From the UHGV virus genome UHGV-0097046: a stretch of DNA of 32,754 bases. One strand, 5' to 3'. The stretch's first letter is position 1, and the number at the start of each line of letters is the position of its first letter. This DNA is from a virus. Position numbers and translations under genes: made by a program. Of this stretch, positions 8,068 through 17,163 are shown piece by piece. The notes below the pieces were generated by a model. The model saw only the letters and a program-made list of their open reading frames with translations, was not told the origin of the DNA and searched no databases.

Positions 8068-9591
8068 ATGTTTAATTTTTTCAAACGCAAAAAAGATATG
8101 CCCGTGAATCCGGTTAAGAAAATCGGTATTCGCCAACACCGCAAATTATTTGTAGATCGCAAGATTGAAGAATTTACCAAAGACTTACATAAACGCTCTT
8201 TGGGATTGGTTGAAAGCGACCGCATTGAAGGAAGTATGGCGCGTAATGTCATCACTGGCAGCATTAACAGCGCGATTAAGGGGTCCGCATCACGTCTATA
8301 CAATCAAGGCCGTTATCTTGCGTTAAACACTTCTATTGGCTCCCGTTATTGCCAACACGTTATTGATTCCGTGGTAGGTACTGGCTTACAGCCTCGAACC
8401 TTCGTTATGAAAGGGGAAAAGCTGGACGCAACCACTAACACCGCTATTGAGAATGCTTTTTGGCGTTGGGCTAGCTCTCAGAAACGATTCTCGCGCATCG
8501 GAAAGATTAACTTCCTTGAATGCTTAAAGTTGATGGAAAAAGAGCGCGTGATGGGTGGTGATGCGTTTCTGGTACTCCATGAAGATGGTAAGGATCTGCA
8601 AGTATCCATTTATGGTGCGGATTGTGTTGATTGGTCAGATCAGCGCACCTTAGATAACGGTAATGTCGTTTACGCTGGCATCGAATATGAAGATGAAAAG
8701 CCCGTTGCATATTGGTTTAGGCGTCGTGACCTGTTTACTCAGTCCTTTACTGGCGAACGTGTACGAATCCCGGCGGAAAGAGTGCTGCATTACTTTATCC
8801 CTGGTACAGCCGACGCATTACGTGGTATTACTGATTTCTTGCCAATAATCAAAGATATAGCTCATCTTGAAGCGTTCCGCGAGACTGTAATAATCGGTAA
8901 GCGCGTGCACGCAAGCAGCATGGCCTTTATCACAAGCGATAAAGAAAATCAAGATTCATTTGATGTTGGTGAAGATGACACGGAAAACTATCAACCGCCA
9001 ACAATGATCACTGACTTCGAACCGGGTACTATCAATATACTGGAACCGGGGCAAGACGTTAAAACGGTACAATCAACTCAAGGCGGCGATGATTTCGAAA
9101 AATTCAATGAAGCAATGCTGACTTCTATTTCTATGGGTCTGTCTAGCTTTAAACAAGCTCTTACAGGAGATACAAGTTCTATTAACTACTCATCAGCAAA
9201 ATTCGGTCATAATATTGAATCCGCTCGCTTCAAGACGCATCAAGATCGCTTAGTTGATACTGTTATTCTTCCATTATTTGAGGCGTTTTTACGTCACGCG
9301 GTAATTAACTCAAAAATCAATGTTCGCATGACGCAGATCGATTCTATTTTGGATGCAACGACAATTATTAGACCTCGCGTTACGTCTATTGAACCGATCA
9401 AAGATATTCAGAGTGAAGTTCTGTTAATAGAAAGCGGATTGAAGTCTAAAGCTCAGGTCATTATGGAAATGGGTCAAGATCCGTCTCAGGTCTTTAAAGA
9501 AATTGAGGCAGAAAAACACATGCTAAATACATGCGTCGTGAGTGAGGGTGAGACTGAAAAAGAAAAATCTCCTGATACTCAAAATGAATAA
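8068..9591 (+). CDS. Portal protein, lambda gpB-like
   Basis: Position after terminase, size 507 aa, and similarity to lambda gpB central/C-terminal segments (F..F.EAML.SISMGLSSFKQAL...INYSSAKF). Confidence 0.8.
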   Translation: MFNFFKRKKDMPVNPVKKIGIRQHRKLFVDRKIEEFTKDLHKRSLGLVESDRIEGSMARNVITGSINSAIKGSASRLYNQGRYLALNTSIGSRYCQHVIDSVVGTGLQPRTFVMKGEKLDATTNTAIENAFWRWASSQKRFSRIGKINFLECLKLMEKERVMGGDAFLVLHEDGKDLQVSIYGADCVDWSDQRTLDNGNVVYAGIEYEDEKPVAYWFRRRDLFTQSFTGERVRIPAERVLHYFIPGTADALRGITDFLPIIKDIAHLEAFRETVIIGKRVHASSMAFITSDKENQDSFDVGEDDTENYQPPTMITDFEPGTINILEPGQDVKTVQSTQGGDDFEKFNEAMLTSISMGLSSFKQALTGDTSSINYSSAKFGHNIESARFKTHQDRLVDTVILPLFEAFLRHAVINSKINVRMTQIDSILDATTIIRPRVTSIEPIKDIQSEVLLIESGLKSKAQVIMEMGQDPSQVFKEIEAEKHMLNTCVVSEGETEKEKSPDTQNE

Positions 9592-9633
9592 CCCAACGGG
9601 GCGCAATGCCCCCAATAATTTTCAAGGTGATCT

Positions 9634-11688
9634 ATGACAACAAAACAATTCCGTCGTAGTGTTGCGGTAGATACCCCTGATTTTATCGAAGAAAAAGACG
9701 AACGAATTATTGAATTGGCTTTCTCAAGCGAGGCTCCTTATACACGTTATTACATGAATCAGGACGGCGAGCAAGTCGAATTAAAAGAGATTCTCGTACA
9801 CGATGAATCAGCGGTTGATCTATCCGTTTTAAACGAGACTAACGCAAGTCTTCTGTTTAATCACAATCTGGATCTTCATATCGGCAAGATTGTTCCTGGC
9901 TCCGCTCGTATTGACGAAGACCGTGTAGGTCGTTGCCTTGTCCAATTCTCCAAAGTAGGCCAACTGGCTAATGAATGCTTTGAGAAGGTAAAAGAGGGAA
10001 CACTTTCACAAGTTAGCGTCGGTTATAACGTTCTTGATGGCAAAGCCGATTTTAACAAAGGGATCTATTATGTTACACGCTGGCAACCTTTCGAATGCAG
10101 TCTTGTAACGTGTGCCGCAGATCCATTTAATGCGGGTGTTGGACGCTCTCTAAATACAGACAACGAAATGATTGTTTTGGAGGGTGAACAAGTGGAAGAC
10201 GAAATTAAAGATACTCCGGTCGAAGAAATTAAACCGGAAGATGAAGAAAAACGTTCCGAAGAAGAGAAAGAGGAACAAGAAAATGAAGAAATTGATTCCG
10301 ATTCTGGAAATAGTGCTGACAGTGGCGAAGATGTGGAAGAACCGCAAGAAGTAACGCCAGAAGAAAAAGAAGAACGTTCCGAAGATGAACCGGAAGAAAC
10401 AGAAGAACTAAATAAAGATACAGACGAGAACGACGAAACGGAAAATACATCCGAACCAGTCGAAGAAGAAAAGATTGAAGACGAAGAAAAACCGTTTGAA
10501 CGTTCTCGCGAAGATACCGCCGAAATTCGTGCTATCGGAAAACATCTAAATATCTCCGAAGACGTGATTGAAGCTGCAATTAAAGATAGTGCCGTGACTA
10601 TTGAAAATTTTAAAGAAAAAGCACGCGCACTAAATACTACCGAATCTAAAACTTTTGTTAAAGGAAAAATTACCATGACCGATACCATTAAAACTCTGGA
10701 ATCCCGTTTCGATCTTAATAAAGCTGTACGTGCAATCGCAGAGGGTAAAGCCCTGACTGGCGCAGAAGCTGAATATTCTCAGGAAGAAGCACGTAAAGCC
10801 GCAGCGCGTGGTCGTGCGCAGCGTTCTAACTCCGTATTCATTCCGGCGTCCGCTCTGCGTGCTAGCCAGAACATGGAATCTCTGAAACCAGTAGTTGGTG
10901 AAGAAATCCGCCATGATTGCTTCGTTGATATGATCATGGAACGTTCTATTCTGGGTAAATTGGGTGTGCGTACCATTAACGCAACTGGTCCTGTTTCTCT
11001 GCCGTCTCTGACTTCCAGCAATCTGGAAAACTTCGGTTTTGTTGCAGAAGGTCAATCCGCTGGTGAAGGTACTATTAAGTTTGCAGCGCAGCCGATGACT
11101 CTCAAGACTTTTAACGGAATTGTTCCTGTAACGCGTCAGGCTGCAATCACACTGCCCAATATTGGCGCTATCGTTGGTGAGCACATGCTGAAACACAGTG
11201 CTATCGCTCTGGAAAAAGCGATTCTGTCCAATGCTGCTAACACTAACGCTCGTGATGGTCTGACTAAGATCCTGACCGACGCTGGCAAAGTTAAACAGAT
11301 TGATTGGACCTATGCCGAGTTCCTGAAACTGGTAGCTGAACTGACCGACAAAGGTTATAACGAAGCGGATCTGGCATTTGCTACCCGTGGTGTTGTTAAA
11401 GCTGAACTGGCAGCGCAACTCAAAGCAGCTAATGTTCCGGGCTTCCTGGTAGAAGGCGATAAACTGGTTAACCGTCCGATCTATGGCTCTGGTGTAGTTG
11501 CTCAGGATACCATGCTGTTTGGTGACTTTAGCTCCCTTGTTGTTGCAGACTTCGGATCGCTGGAACTGGATTGCGACGATACCACAGGTCGCGCGGCTGG
11601 CAACCTGTACTTCCGTGTATGGGCTGATCTGGATTGGGCTGTTATGGACCATAGCGCACTGACCGTAGTTCAGAAAAAAGTTGACTGA
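9634..11688 (+). CDS. Fused prohead protease (HK97 S78-type) - acidic linker/scaffold-like region - HK97-fold major capsid protein (684 aa)
   Basis: N-terminal protease motifs (LLFNHNLDLHIGK; SQVSVGY; ECSLVTCAADP); residues ~185-300 extremely E/D-rich; C-terminal 380 aa with HK97-like capsid character (...GFLVEGDKLVNRPIYG...LYFRVWADLDWAVMD). Confidence 0.75.
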   Translation: MTTKQFRRSVAVDTPDFIEEKDERIIELAFSSEAPYTRYYMNQDGEQVELKEILVHDESAVDLSVLNETNASLLFNHNLDLHIGKIVPGSARIDEDRVGRCLVQFSKVGQLANECFEKVKEGTLSQVSVGYNVLDGKADFNKGIYYVTRWQPFECSLVTCAADPFNAGVGRSLNTDNEMIVLEGEQVEDEIKDTPVEEIKPEDEEKRSEEEKEEQENEEIDSDSGNSADSGEDVEEPQEVTPEEKEERSEDEPEETEELNKDTDENDETENTSEPVEEEKIEDEEKPFERSREDTAEIRAIGKHLNISEDVIEAAIKDSAVTIENFKEKARALNTTESKTFVKGKITMTDTIKTLESRFDLNKAVRAIAEGKALTGAEAEYSQEEARKAAARGRAQRSNSVFIPASALRASQNMESLKPVVGEEIRHDCFVDMIMERSILGKLGVRTINATGPVSLPSLTSSNLENFGFVAEGQSAGEGTIKFAAQPMTLKTFNGIVPVTRQAAITLPNIGAIVGEHMLKHSAIALEKAILSNAANTNARDGLTKILTDAGKVKQIDWTYAEFLKLVAELTDKGYNEADLAFATRGVVKAELAAQLKAANVPGFLVEGDKLVNRPIYGSGVVAQDTMLFGDFSSLVVADFGSLELDCDDTTGRAAGNLYFRVWADLDWAVMDHSALTVVQKKVD

Positions 11689-11817
11689 ACTCCTGTAGAA
11701 CCTTCTGAACCTTCCCCCGATTCGGGGGAAGAAAATCTGATTCCTAAACCGGAAGAAGAATCCCAGACGGTTACGGCGAAAGCCACAGCAAAACGAGGCC
11801 GCAAGCCTAAAGAATGA
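11689..11817 (+). other. In-frame open extension after the capsid TGA stop (42 codons, TPVEPSEPSPDSGEENLIPKPEEESQTVTAKATAKRGRKPKE): candidate programmed readthrough tail
   Basis: Same frame as 9634..11688, no stop for 42 codons, acidic Pro-rich linker then basic terminal peptide shared with the major tail extension; 9-bp-stem hairpin begins ~20 nt after the TGA. Confidence 0.45.
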
Positions 11818-11822
11818 TAATT

Positions 11823-11848
11823 AGCCCTGCCTAGTGCGGGGCTTTTTT
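11823..11848 (+). terminator. Intrinsic terminator (agccctgc-ctagt-gcggggct + TTTTTT)
   Basis: 8-bp stem, T6 run, directly after the readthrough extension stop. Confidence 0.65.
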
Positions 11849-11879
11849 GTATGTAAATACTCCATAAAGGGGGTAACTA

Positions 11880-12169
11880 TGTTCAAATTATCAGAATCAC
11901 AATTATCAAGAATGTTTAAGAGTGCTCCTGTATTTTCGGTGGAAGGTGGTAAATCAATTCGTGCTTATCATGAAATTACTACTACCGACGAATCGGGGGT
12001 AATGACAGAAACCGAATTTCTATTCTGTCGTGAGGGAGACTTAAATCAGGGTGATATTGTCATTGTAGAAAACCAGCGTTTCAAAGTTCAATACGTTAAG
12101 CGCAATGGTGATAATACCACTGATTGCTTTATTACTCTGGCAGGGGGTACACATGCTCGCTACCGTTAA
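11880..12169 (+). CDS. Head-tail connector/head completion protein candidate (96 aa)
   Basis: Start at ATG preceded by AAAGGGGGTAACT RBS (track ORF begins upstream at 11834 without RBS); position immediately after capsid gene. Confidence 0.45.
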
Positions 12170-12575
12170 TAATATGCCTAGACTGAAAATCAAACGCGCC
12201 TTGCAAGATATTATCGAACAAGATTTAGGTCTGGCTTTAAACGTAGAACAAACTCAGCAAGGTTTTAGTGATGACGTGGTTTGTTGGATTACTGGCATGA
12301 ATGAGACTTACACTAGGGTCCGTGGTGGTAATGCAATGCAAGCTGAATGCGTTATCGAAATGCAATTATATTCTCAGATTCATGAAACAAAAATCCATGA
12401 GGGTATTTGCCAGATAATCCAGATTCAGCCGGATAACCCACGTTTTAAAGATTTGGGCTTCTCTATTTCAGATATCACTCCAGTAGCCTCTAATACCGAT
12501 TATGACGATGATTCTAGTGATGGGGGTATCGTTGGGACACTTAGCCTTAAATTTTCTTATCTAGCGCGTTTTTAA
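12153..12575 (+). CDS. Head-tail joining/tail completion protein candidate (about 140 aa)
   Basis: ATG at 12153 preceded by AGGGGG, overlaps previous gene by 17 nt (translational coupling); position. Confidence 0.45.
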   Translation: MLATVNNMPRLKIKRALQDIIEQDLGLALNVEQTQQGFSDDVVCWITGMNETYTRVRGGNAMQAECVIEMQLYSQIHETKIHEGICQIIQIQPDNPRFKDLGFSISDITPVASNTDYDDDSSDGGIVGTLSLKFSYLARF

Positions 12576-12584
12576 GGGGTAATA

Positions 12585-13418
12585 ATGAATATTACACAAG
12601 ATAACTTAGATATTTTCACTGGATCACATGTTGAAGTGTCGATCTCTAACCAGATAGACAATCAGGTCGACTTTTTCGATCCTAGCTTTAGTTCTATGGA
12701 GAACATCGCAGCATTCCCTACGCTAACCGAATCCACAGAGATAGAAACTCTGGAAGAGTACGATCAGGACGCTACGGGGAAACTTGCTGGTTATCGTAGA
12801 CTGGAACCGACAACACTCACATTAAACCGTGTTCTTGACGATGAACATCAAGCAATGTTGATGAAAGCGGTAGAGGATAAAACACCTTTACGCTTCCGTA
12901 TGTTCTATGTTGTGAACTCTGGCTATAGTGCTGCTAACACTGGTTACTATGTCATCTATGACGCTTATGTCACTAGTCACAAAACCCGTGGCGCAGATAA
13001 CAAAGCTGTAACACTGGAATTTAAACTTGAACCAGATGGCGGGATTTTGGCAAGGGGTATTGCTACCGAAGGCCGGATCTTACGTCAGGGTGATTTTGGT
13101 ATCGGTGCTGGTGTAAATCCTTTCAGTGGTCCTATTGATAGTGAATCTCTGACAGGAAACCGTTTCGTAACTTACAAGGGAACTGCTAGCACTAACCCTT
13201 ATGGTGCTGATACATCGTTAATTCATCTTCAAGCTAATGAGCATGGCGCATGGCAATTAACCTGTAATACTTCTGGCGCACCGCGTTTACGCGTCCGAAA
13301 TATTCAGGAAAACGGTAAATCTGAATGGATTAAAGTCTATTCTACAAACGAGAAACCGACACCTAGCGAAATTGGCGCAGTGGCTAAGACTGACCGGATC
13401 GATTTCGGCGAATACTAA
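12585..13418 (+). CDS. Structural protein (277 aa) sharing the C-terminal motif EKPTPSEIGAV with the tail fiber
   Basis: TAAGGGGTAATA RBS; motif KPTP[SA]EIGA also occurs in ORF 13499..17107. Confidence 0.5.
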   Translation: MNITQDNLDIFTGSHVEVSISNQIDNQVDFFDPSFSSMENIAAFPTLTESTEIETLEEYDQDATGKLAGYRRLEPTTLTLNRVLDDEHQAMLMKAVEDKTPLRFRMFYVVNSGYSAANTGYYVIYDAYVTSHKTRGADNKAVTLEFKLEPDGGILARGIATEGRILRQGDFGIGAGVNPFSGPIDSESLTGNRFVTYKGTASTNPYGADTSLIHLQANEHGAWQLTCNTSGAPRLRVRNIQENGKSEWIKVYSTNEKPTPSEIGAVAKTDRIDFGEY

Positions 13419-13498
13419 GGATTCTCCTACCTAAATAAAACATGACGCGGGGAGGTTAACGCCTCCCTTATTCCTGTTTTATAGTGAGGTGATTCTAG

Positions 13499-16400
13499 AT
13501 GCAATCAATCCAATTTAAACGCACACAAACGGCTGGTAAAAAACCAACGCCGGAACAATTATCACAGGGTGAATTGGCTATTAACCTTGCTGATCACGTT
13601 CTGTATACCAAAGATAAAAATAACGCAGTAGTTCAAATCTCTGTTTCTCCAGAAAAACACGCTGAACTTAACACGAAAGTAGACCAGAATAAAACTAGCA
13701 CTGACCGTGTTATTGCTTCCAACAAACAAGAGGCCGCTAATAATCTGGCTAGTGTTAAAGCTGAACTGAATCAGACTATTACCGCTAAAGACACCGCAAC
13801 CAATAAGCGCATTGATGCTACCAACACCACTGTTAGTAACTTAACCCAGACAGTTACGGCAAATAAAACCGATGCCGACACTAAGATCAATAACCTTACG
13901 GGGACCGTATCTGCGAATAAGACCGCAATTGAAAGAACCGTTGCCGCAAACAAATCTGATGCAGATAGCAAACATGCAGCTTTAACGAAAACGGTCACTG
14001 ACAATAACACCGCGATTAACAACAAGGTTAATACCACTAACACCAACGTTAGCAACTTAACTAAAACTGTTACTGCAAATAAAACCGATGCAGATAACAA
14101 AATTTCTAGCTTAACTAGCACGGTTGCAGCTAACAAAACAGCGATTGAAAAGGTCGTTTCCGACAACAAGAAAGATGCTGATACTAAAATCAGTAACCTT
14201 ACTGGCACTGTGAATAGTAACCATACCGCTATTAACAACAAGGTAGACCAGAACAAATCATCGACCGATGCCGCAATTACAGCCGCCAACAAGCGAATTG
14301 ATGGTATTGAAGGTAGTGCTAACGCAGCATATATCAAGAAGAACACAAAGACCTATCACGGCGCGTATTTGTATAGCAAGACTGGTAACTATCTGGAAGA
14401 TTCAACCGCGAGAGATCTTAATTACTTCGGTGCATTCCGTACCAATGGTCAAGATGGACTCATGGATCTAACCCTTAACGTTCCTCACTCTTCCGGTAAA
14501 GCGCATGGTCGAGGATTTACTTTCCGTTATGCGTCTGGCGGATCTCGTGTTGAAACCTATGGTTTTGATGCTCAGGGACAAAAAGCGTTTAGCTATAAAA
14601 TGTATCACGAAGGGGATAAACCGACTCCTGCTGAAATTGGCGCATATACCAAAGGCGAAATTGATAAGATGTTTATTAAAAATGTCACAATGTCTGTTCC
14701 TTCTGGTAGTGAATCCCGTGCTTATTTCAAGATTGCTACGGCTACGATCCCACAAAATGGTCGTATGGTAATGCTTCGTATCTTCGGTGGTAATGGTTAT
14801 AACGTTAACTCCTATGATCAGGTTGATTTCCTTGAAATTGTTATCCGTTCCGGTAACAATAACCCGAAAGGCGTTAGTATTGCTGCTTATCGTCGAAACT
14901 CTTTGAACGTTCATCAAGTATTTGCGGTTAATACTTCCGGTGATAACTACGACATTTACGTTAACTACGGTCGTTATACTGATAACGTTATTGTCGAATA
15001 TGGTAAGACTAGCGGTGTTTCACTGACTGTTCATGACACCCCAGCTATGACTAACGTTAAGCCGTCTACTGGTGTTACAGATGGACGTGTTATTACAATG
15101 TTCAACACCGAAAACAAGGCCGGAACGTTGATGTTTGATAATAACGGACAGGGTACATATGATATTGTCAGTTTGAATAACGATTCAGGTACTGGTAAAA
15201 AATATCTTCGTAAATTCCGTAGTAAAGCCGCAGAAACAATCTGGCATGAAACTGTTCAAGGTAACGTTTATCGTTTAGCGACTGGTACTACCGATTCTAG
15301 CGAAGTTCTACGAATCACTGGTCGCACCATGTTTACTGGTAAAGGTGTATTTGATGCCGGACAAAACGTTCTTAGATTAGAGCGTCCTAGTAATCAATCA
15401 AACTATATTGAATGGCAAGACCGCCGCAATGGTGCTAATGCTCGTCAAGGTTGGATTGGTTTTGGTAGTGCTGAAACAAATAACTTCCAATGGTATAGCG
15501 ATCAGGGGAAAAACTCATTTCAGCTAGAAGCTAACGGTCAATGCTCTATTACCACTGGTGCAACTAAAATTGTATATACAAACGGCGAGTATGTAGCTGC
15601 TAACTCAAATGCATTCCGTATGATTTACGGCAATTATGGTGCATTTTGGCGCAATGACTCCGCAAAAGTTTATCTTCTGTCAACGGCTGAAAACGATAAG
15701 TTTGGTGGTTGGAATACTTATCGACCATTCATTTATGATCTGACTTCCGGTAACGTTCAATTAGGCGGTGATGGTAACGAAGATGCATTAACGTTAGAAC
15801 GTGCAAGCCGTGCCGCTCGTTTTAGTAATGACGTTTACATTAAGAAAGGTTTTTTGACTTTCGACGCTGGGCGTTCTGGATCGCGTGATTATATTCGATT
15901 TAATCATTGGGGCGATAGCAACAACGCCCGTGATAACGTTTTATACCTCGAAGACAGCAAAGGTCGCCATTTCAGCACCGAACGTAATATGGCTACAGGT
16001 GGACTAAAGGCATATTTCTTAGGTGATCTTGAAGTTGCTGGTCAAATGAGATGGGGTAAGAATACCGGACAATCTAGCTTCAATATTCGTGCATGGGGTA
16101 ATGATACTCGTAAACAAGTATTAGAATGCGCAGATGAAAGCGGCTGGCATTTCTACACACAGCGTGCTGGCGGTCCTGGTACTACCGCAATCGAGTTTAG
16201 CGTAAACGGTAAAATTAACGCTCCCCAACTGTCTATTAGTCAGGATGCAACCATTCCTAAGTTTAATAGCGGTTTTGGTGTTGGTGTTGCTAACGGATTG
16301 GGTGGAAATTCTATTGTTTTAGGCGATAGTGATACTGGATTTAAACAAAACGGTGATGGTGTCCTTGATACCTACGCTAATAACGTTAATGTTGTTCGTC

Positions 16401-17107
16401 ACACATCTGGCGGCATTACCTTTAACCGTCGTGTTGTTGTTGCTAACAAAAATGGTTTAGGTTATTCCGATATCTCTGATGTAACTCGTGACCGTGCTCC
16501 ATTCTTGGTTAACATGGATAGTATTAAGGGGTCTGGTGCATATTTCCCTATTATCGCTGGCTATAGTAACTTAGGTGATGTTGGTTATCGTCAGTCCTTC
16601 GAGTTTGGTTGGACGGGTAGCGGTTCGACTCACGGTTGGCGTACTGGTATTATCCGTATGCGTGGCGATAACGCCAACGGGCAGCAAGCACGCTGGGAAT
16701 TTACTATGGATGGTGACTTTACCGCAGGTCGTAACGGTAGCTTTAACGATGTTTACATTCGCTCTGACTCCCGTTTGAAGATTAACAAGGAAGAATTACA
16801 GGACGGCGCATTAGAGAAAGTAAACTCCCTGAAAGTCTACACCTACGATAAAGTTAAATCTCTTTCAGATGACACAGTGATTAAACGCGAAGTAGGTATT
16901 ATTGCTCAGGATCTGGAAGAAGTGTTGCCGGAAGCAGTAGGTATTCAATCCACCGAAGATCCAGAACAACCGGAAGCAATTAAGACTATTTCTAACTCTG
17001 CTGTTAATGCCTTGATTATTAAAGCTATTCAGGAAATGGACGCCAAATATCAAGCTAAGATTGAAGCATTGACTAAAGAGATTGCCGAACTCAAAGCAAC
17101 TAAATAA
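13499..17107 (+). CDS. Tail fiber protein (1202 aa) with N-terminal anchor motif, ~21-aa tandem repeats and C-terminal intramolecular chaperone (peptidase S74-like) domain
   Basis: N-terminus KKPTPEQLSQGELAINLADHVLYTKD (fiber-anchor-like); repeats T-V-x-ANKTDAD-x-KI-x-xLT-x-TV-x-ANKTAIE; C-terminal SDSRLK...GIIAQDLEEVLPEAV...coiled coil typical of auto-cleaving chaperone domains of endosialidase and T5 L-shaped fibers. Confidence 0.85.
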   Translation: MQSIQFKRTQTAGKKPTPEQLSQGELAINLADHVLYTKDKNNAVVQISVSPEKHAELNTKVDQNKTSTDRVIASNKQEAANNLASVKAELNQTITAKDTATNKRIDATNTTVSNLTQTVTANKTDADTKINNLTGTVSANKTAIERTVAANKSDADSKHAALTKTVTDNNTAINNKVNTTNTNVSNLTKTVTANKTDADNKISSLTSTVAANKTAIEKVVSDNKKDADTKISNLTGTVNSNHTAINNKVDQNKSSTDAAITAANKRIDGIEGSANAAYIKKNTKTYHGAYLYSKTGNYLEDSTARDLNYFGAFRTNGQDGLMDLTLNVPHSSGKAHGRGFTFRYASGGSRVETYGFDAQGQKAFSYKMYHEGDKPTPAEIGAYTKGEIDKMFIKNVTMSVPSGSESRAYFKIATATIPQNGRMVMLRIFGGNGYNVNSYDQVDFLEIVIRSGNNNPKGVSIAAYRRNSLNVHQVFAVNTSGDNYDIYVNYGRYTDNVIVEYGKTSGVSLTVHDTPAMTNVKPSTGVTDGRVITMFNTENKAGTLMFDNNGQGTYDIVSLNNDSGTGKKYLRKFRSKAAETIWHETVQGNVYRLATGTTDSSEVLRITGRTMFTGKGVFDAGQNVLRLERPSNQSNYIEWQDRRNGANARQGWIGFGSAETNNFQWYSDQGKNSFQLEANGQCSITTGATKIVYTNGEYVAANSNAFRMIYGNYGAFWRNDSAKVYLLSTAENDKFGGWNTYRPFIYDLTSGNVQLGGDGNEDALTLERASRAARFSNDVYIKKGFLTFDAGRSGSRDYIRFNHWGDSNNARDNVLYLEDSKGRHFSTERNMATGGLKAYFLGDLEVAGQMRWGKNTGQSSFNIRAWGNDTRKQVLECADESGWHFYTQRAGGPGTTAIEFSVNGKINAPQLSISQDATIPKFNSGFGVGVANGLGGNSIVLGDSDTGFKQNGDGVLDTYANNVNVVRHTSGGITFNRRVVVANKNGLGYSDISDVTRDRAPFLVNMDSIKGSGAYFPIIAGYSNLGDVGYRQSFEFGWTGSGSTHGWRTGIIRMRGDNANGQQARWEFTMDGDFTAGRNGSFNDVYIRSDSRLKINKEELQDGALEKVNSLKVYTYDKVKSLSDDTVIKREVGIIAQDLEEVLPEAVGIQSTEDPEQPEAIKTISNSAVNALIIKAIQEMDAKYQAKIEALTKEIAELKATK
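13790..14260 (+). repeat. Tandem in-frame coding repeats (~63 nt units) within the tail fiber gene
   Basis: Repeated ACCGATGC(C/A)GA(C/T)A...AA(A/T)ATC...CTTAC blocks encoding the TANKTDADxKIxNLT units. Confidence 0.6.
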
Positions 17108-17163
17108 TAAAAGTCGGGGGACTAGTTCCCCCGTAATAACAATTTTAATTAAGGGGTAATTCT

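Noticed and set aside
10068-10688. Several ORFs on both strands (10068..10688, 10150..10347, 10172..10354, 10229..10450) inside the capsid fusion gene
   Set aside because: They fall in the GAA/GAG-rich acidic linker region of the 684-aa protein, where low-complexity sequence generates open frames in every phase; translations are Ser/Phe/Leu-rich and implausible
10630-11652. 340-aa minus-strand ORF antisense to the capsid domain
   Set aside because: Antisense to a strongly supported capsid coding region with protein-family character; no RBS
11674-11688. A-rich run CAGAAAAAAG just before the capsid stop as a -1 or +1 frameshift site
   Set aside because: Both shifted frames hit stop codons within 2-6 codons (TGA at 11682, TAG at 11696), while the zero frame past TGA is open for 42 codons; in-frame readthrough is the only recoding route that yields the conserved peptide
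13771-14346. 191-aa hydrophobic minus-strand ORF
   Set aside because: Antisense to the tandem-repeat region of the tail fiber gene; an artefact of repeats lacking stop codons on the opposite strand
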